Part shown: positions 31,107 through 35,053 of the stretch, one piece after another
How positions within the stretch are numbered: position 1 is the stretch's first letter
Layout: every line of letters starts with the position of its first letter
NCBI GenBank assembly: GCA_014360845.1
Contig: JACIWR010000004.1
Location: forward strand, 1-35,053
Length of the DNA: 35,053 nucleotides
Source of the DNA: Anaerolineae bacterium
GTDB lineage: Bacteria; Chloroflexota; Anaerolineae; JACIWR01
Reading direction: 5' to 3'
Notes under the pieces: model-generated
What the model saw: the letters and a program-made list of their open reading frames with translations, nothing else
Told to the model about the DNA's origin: nothing
Database searches by the model: none
Made by a program: the position numbers and the translations under genes

Positions 31107-33914
31107 TTATCTACGGGCGCGCCAGGAGGCCAGCCTTGCACTGAGCTTAGCCGAAGTGCTGGCCAGCAGGCGCTGCAAGTTCAGCTTCGGCGGGGCCGGC
31201 AGCTCCGATGCGGCCACGGGCGAGAGCTGTGCCAGGTCCTCGGCGATGGCCTGCATCACCTCAGGGGTGAACACGTCCGGCGCGAAGCTCGCCACCTGCT
31301 CCAGGGTAAACCCCAGGGCCATGCTCAACTGCGGCGCGTCCAGAAGGCCAGGAAGATGCTTGTTCAGAATGGCCCGCGCTTCCTCGTTGGCCAGCAGCAA
31401 CTGCAGGGTACTGTCCAGCCCCAGGCGGACGCCTCCCTTTTCGGGACCGCCGAAGCGACTGGTGGTCTTGAGGGTGAAGCGGGCCGAGGCGTGAATATCC
31501 CGTGACGAACTGCCGACCAGGACCTCGAATTCTCCAGCTTCGGCTACCCATTGTTGTGCCAGGTCGTCGTAATAGGCCAGGGATTCGCGGTTGAGCGTCA
31601 GGGTGACGGTCTTGGTCTCGCCCGGTTCCAGGAACACTTTGGCGAAGCCCTTCAATTCCTTTTCCGGGCGCATCAGTGAGGCTGCCACGTCGCGGACGTA
31701 AAGTTGCACCACCTCCTGCCCCGCCCGTGTCCCGGTGTTCTCCACCTCCACGGAGACCTGTAACTCCTCATCCGCGTCTATCTCGGAGGCGCTGAGACGC
31801 AGGTTGTGATAAGCAAAGGTGGTGTACGACAGGCCATAGCCGAAGGGGAACAGGGGCTCGATCTTCTTTTTGTCATAGTAGCGATAGCCGACGAAGATGC
31901 CCTCGCCGTAGTAGACCTTGCCGTTTTCGCCGGGATAGTTGATGTAGGCGGGATTGTCCTCCAGCCGTTTGGGGAAGGTCAGGGGCAGCCGGCCGGAGGG
32001 GTTCACGTCGCCGAAGAGGACATCAGCGATGGCATTGCCGCATTCCTGGCCGGGATACCAGGCCTGCACTACGGCGGCCACCTTGTCCAGCCAGTTCATG
32101 GTGATTGGCGAACCGGTGTTCAGCACCACGATGGTGTTCTTGTTGGCCGCCGCTACTTTTTCGATCAGTGCCACCTGATCTCCGACCAACTCCATGTCTG
32201 GCCGGTCGAAGCCCTCGCTCTCCCACTCGTCGCTCAGGCCGACGAAGACCAGGGCCACGTCCGAGGCGGCGGCCAGCGCTGCGGCGCGGTCTATGGCGTC
32301 CTCCGGCATAGGGGGTAGACAGCCCAGGCGAAGGCTGGCCAGCGGGGTGGTGCTTGGCTTGCTGTATTCCGCTCTCAGCTCGCAGGACTGCCCGGCGGCC
32401 ATGTCCAGGGTGAAGGTCAGTTCGGCGGGGCCGCTATCGGTGGAGCTGCTCCAGCGGTCAATGACTTGCCGGCCGTCAATGAAGAGTCGGCTCGGACCGG
32501 CGCTGCTCAAACCGAAGGTGTAGCGGCCCGTTTCCGGCGCGGTGAAGCGGCCCGTCAGCCGGGCGGAGAACTGGGCGGGATTGACCTCGGGGTCAAACTC
32601 GCCGAACCAGGTCTGCTCACTGGTTTCTACCACCGTAGTCTTGACGGGCGGGCCGGAACAATCGGGGCTGTTGAAGTATTCGAGGGTGAGACCCCTCTCC
32701 GCCTGAGCACCGGACGGGGTCAGCCAGGCCGGGTTGATGGGGGGCAGCAGTTTGTGATTGGTGCATCCCATTTCATAGCCTATCTCCACGGCGTCGCCTA
32801 CCTTGCTGAGGATGCCCTCGAAGGGAGTGATGGCGTAGTGAGGGTTCACCTGGGAGCTGCCCCCGCCCATGATGCGCGCCACCTTGGCGTTGGGGCCGAT
32901 AATGGCCAGGGACTTGATCCTCTCGATGTTCAGGGGCAGGATGCTGTCCTCGTTCTTGAGCAGCACCATCCCTTCTGCCGCGGCCTGGCGGGCCAGAGCG
33001 CGATGCTCCGGCTTGTCCACGGCCTGTTCTGGGCGGTCCTCTGGGTTCTCAAAAGCACCAGACTTGGCGATGATGCGCAACAGGCGGCGCACACTCCGGT
33101 CAATGGTCGCCTCGTCCACTTCCCCGGCGCGGAAAGCTTGTAGCAACTTCTCGCCGCGCCACACGGGTGGCCCTGGCATCTCCAGGTCGAGGCCAGCCTT
33201 CACCGCGGCGGCGGTGCTCTTGGTGCCGAACCAGTCGGACATGACTAGGCCCTCGAATCCCCACTCATTCCTCAAGATGTCGGTCAGGAGAGAGGGGTTC
33301 TCGCTGGCGTAGGTGCCGTTGACCTTGTTGTAAGAAGCCATCACCGCCCAGGCGTAGGCTTCTTGTACGGCGGCCTTGAAAGGCGGCAGGTATATCTCTC
33401 GCAGGGCGCGCTCCCGGACCTCGGAGCTGATGGTGGTGCGTTGGAACTCGGAATCGTTGCAGACGTAGTGTTTGACCGCGGTGCCCACGTTCTGACTTTG
33501 CACTCCCTTGATGTAGGCCACGGCCAGGCGAGCCGAGAGGTAGGGGTCTTCCGAAAAGCACTCGAAGTTGCGGCCGGCCAGGGGCGAGCGGTGGATGTTG
33601 ACCGTGGGGGCCAGGAGGATGTGTGCTCCTTTGGTCTTGGCCTCCTCGCCCAATGCCTGCCCGACCCGCTGCACCAGGTCGGTGTTCCAGGTGGCGGCCA
33701 GGGCCACGCTCACCGGGAAGCAGGCCGCCGTGGGTCCTCCAGCAGCGAAGCTGCTCCGTCCGCCCCGTGCCCCGTAGGGGCCATCGGTCACTTTGATGGC
33801 CGGAATGCCCAGCCGGGGAACGGGAGTGGTGTACCACATCGCCGATCCGGCCAGCATGGACACCTTTTCCTCGATGGTCATTTGACTGAGTAGTTCTTCG
33901 ATTTTGTCTTCCAT
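31107..33914 (-). CDS. GH3 beta-glucosidase with PA14 and fibronectin-III-like domains plus C-terminal helical extension; no signal peptide
   Basis: DGPYGARG, GRNFECFSEDP, KHYVCN, VMSDW nucleophile, ESEGFDR acid/base, YGEGIFVGYRYY, EVVQLYVRD, KELKGFAKV. Confidence 0.93.
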   Translation of the reverse strand: MEDKIEELLSQMTIEEKVSMLAGSAMWYTTPVPRLGIPAIKVTDGPYGARGGRSSFAAGGPTAACFPVSVALAATWNTDLVQRVGQALGEEAKTKGAHILLAPTVNIHRSPLAGRNFECFSEDPYLSARLAVAYIKGVQSQNVGTAVKHYVCNDSEFQRTTISSEVRERALREIYLPPFKAAVQEAYAWAVMASYNKVNGTYASENPSLLTDILRNEWGFEGLVMSDWFGTKSTAAAVKAGLDLEMPGPPVWRGEKLLQAFRAGEVDEATIDRSVRRLLRIIAKSGAFENPEDRPEQAVDKPEHRALARQAAAEGMVLLKNEDSILPLNIERIKSLAIIGPNAKVARIMGGGSSQVNPHYAITPFEGILSKVGDAVEIGYEMGCTNHKLLPPINPAWLTPSGAQAERGLTLEYFNSPDCSGPPVKTTVVETSEQTWFGEFDPEVNPAQFSARLTGRFTAPETGRYTFGLSSAGPSRLFIDGRQVIDRWSSSTDSGPAELTFTLDMAAGQSCELRAEYSKPSTTPLASLRLGCLPPMPEDAIDRAAALAAASDVALVFVGLSDEWESEGFDRPDMELVGDQVALIEKVAAANKNTIVVLNTGSPITMNWLDKVAAVVQAWYPGQECGNAIADVLFGDVNPSGRLPLTFPKRLEDNPAYINYPGENGKVYYGEGIFVGYRYYDKKKIEPLFPFGYGLSYTTFAYHNLRLSASEIDADEELQVSVEVENTGTRAGQEVVQLYVRDVAASLMRPEKELKGFAKVFLEPGETKTVTLTLNRESLAYYDDLAQQWVAEAGEFEVLVGSSSRDIHASARFTLKTTSRFGGPEKGGVRLGLDSTLQLLLANEEARAILNKHLPGLLDAPQLSMALGFTLEQVASFAPDVFTPEVMQAIAEDLAQLSPVAASELPAPPKLNLQRLLASTSAKLSARLASWRARR

Positions 33915-34098
33915 TCTCCCTCCATGTTATAGACCCTCCCGCGGGGACAAGAACCTGCGGGAGGGGAAATGTGAAAAAGGGGTTGGCTACATGTGGCGCA
34001 GGCTGGAAAGGAACGAGCTGGAAAGCCCGGCCTACGGCCTGCCCGGTTGCAGCCACGCAAATTCTGGCACCAGGTGGACAGGTGGCTTAAGAGTCAGC

Positions 34099-35053
34099 CT
34101 ATTCGCCGAGGCGCTGCTGCCATCGCGCCGTTCGTGATGCTCTGAAGATGGCCGAAAGCAGATAATAGACCACGATGACCAGCAGCAGGATAATGTAGAT
34201 GACGTCGGATGTGCTGGCCGGCTCGGTGAGACTCACCCCCCAGAAGATGCCGCCCAAGAGAATCACCAGAATACCGCTGAAGGCTGCATCGAACGCCGAG
34301 TCGAAGATACCGCCGGAAGCCAGGGCTGCGACGTAATCGCTGAAGGCGTAGCCCTGGAATAGGCCGTATATGGTCACGACCACCGCTACAATGCCCATGC
34401 CAATGGCAAGAGCTTGCTTACAACATCTGGCGCGGGCCAGTGCCCCTTCGATGAGTTCGGAGAGAACTAAACCGCCCATGAACGCCATCGCGATGAAGGG
34501 GGTCCAACTGAGAATAACGGCATAAATCGGCACTGCCCCAGACATCAGCGAGGCTAGCACAGTGGTGATCGCATAGTCCAGGACCCCGATCATTGTCCCT
34601 ATCGCGGCGGAACCGAGCACCACACTGCCTAAAGCCAGCAGTGTGTGCTGACAGCCGCCTTGCTGGACGGTTAGACCAAACCTGGTGCGAATGGCTTGCA
34701 AGCGGTCGTGGATTGCCTGATCGTTGTGGAATTGCAGGCTGGCTTCGAGGCAGCGCACAGCCCCTGCGGCATCTTGTTGCTGGAGCTTGTGTTCAGCAAG
34801 CGCCTGGAGCATCTCCGAGTTGAGATCGGCAGGTTGATCGCCACCACGCGCTAACTTGAACAACGCTATGGGGGTCCACAGCAATCCATAGGGAATGCCT
34901 ATCCAACCGAGGACTGCCGTTATCAGGCTGGCGAGGAGCAACCGGATTCGGCGGTGTTTCCGGCACCATATCCCGGCAAAGGCTCGCCGGAAGGTCACTA
35001 TGACCAAGCTGAAAACGTAAGGGTAGACGACAACACGTAAGGTCTCATCCTGG
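34099..35053 (-). CDS. Hypothetical multi-pass membrane protein (5'-truncated at window edge)
   Basis: Frame open to the edge (QDETLRVVVYPYVFSLVIVTF...); WCRKH possible half zinc site, TPR-like helix pair, several TM segments. Confidence 0.65.
   Translation of the reverse strand, partial: QDETLRVVVYPYVFSLVIVTFRRAFAGIWCRKHRRIRLLLASLITAVLGWIGIPYGLLWTPIALFKLARGGDQPADLNSEMLQALAEHKLQQQDAAGAVRCLEASLQFHNDQAIHDRLQAIRTRFGLTVQQGGCQHTLLALGSVVLGSAAIGTMIGVLDYAITTVLASLMSGAVPIYAVILSWTPFIAMAFMGGLVLSELIEGALARARCCKQALAIGMGIVAVVVTIYGLFQGYAFSDYVAALASGGIFDSAFDAAFSGILVILLGGIFWGVSLTEPASTSDVIYIILLLVIVVYYLLSAIFRASRTARWQQRLGE

Overview
The window is mostly the core transcription/translation superoperon of a GC-rich bacterium, most likely Chloroflexota (Anaerolineae-like). 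That assignment is an inference from the C-terminal VYLPVVMK motif on a secreted protein, EF-Tu DCPGHRD, and the S12 and RpoA insertions. Gene order on +: 5'-truncated rpoB; a consensus sigma70 promoter; str (rpsL-rpsG-fusA-tuf); S10; spc (to secY-adk-map-rpmJ); alpha (rpsM-K-D-rpoA-rplQ); truA-rplM-rpsI; a terminator. A convergent minus-strand accessory block follows: a partial membrane protein, a GH3 beta-glucosidase, a TspO-like protein and a small permease. Main anomalies: (1) a ~920-aa secreted subtilisin-like (S8) protease with Glu at the catalytic-Asp position sits between rplC and rplD, behind an in-frame 8-codon mini-ORF whose SD is hidden in a hairpin; (2) rpoC does not follow rpoB; (3) RpoB carries a large repeat-containing insertion; (4) EF-Tu has a rewritten switch-I region and EF-G lacks the conserved domain IV His; (5) infA is missing; (6) several spacers hold repeats or hairpins, including a 25-nt element duplicated around a two-gene module. 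All calls come from reading the sequence; no searches were run.
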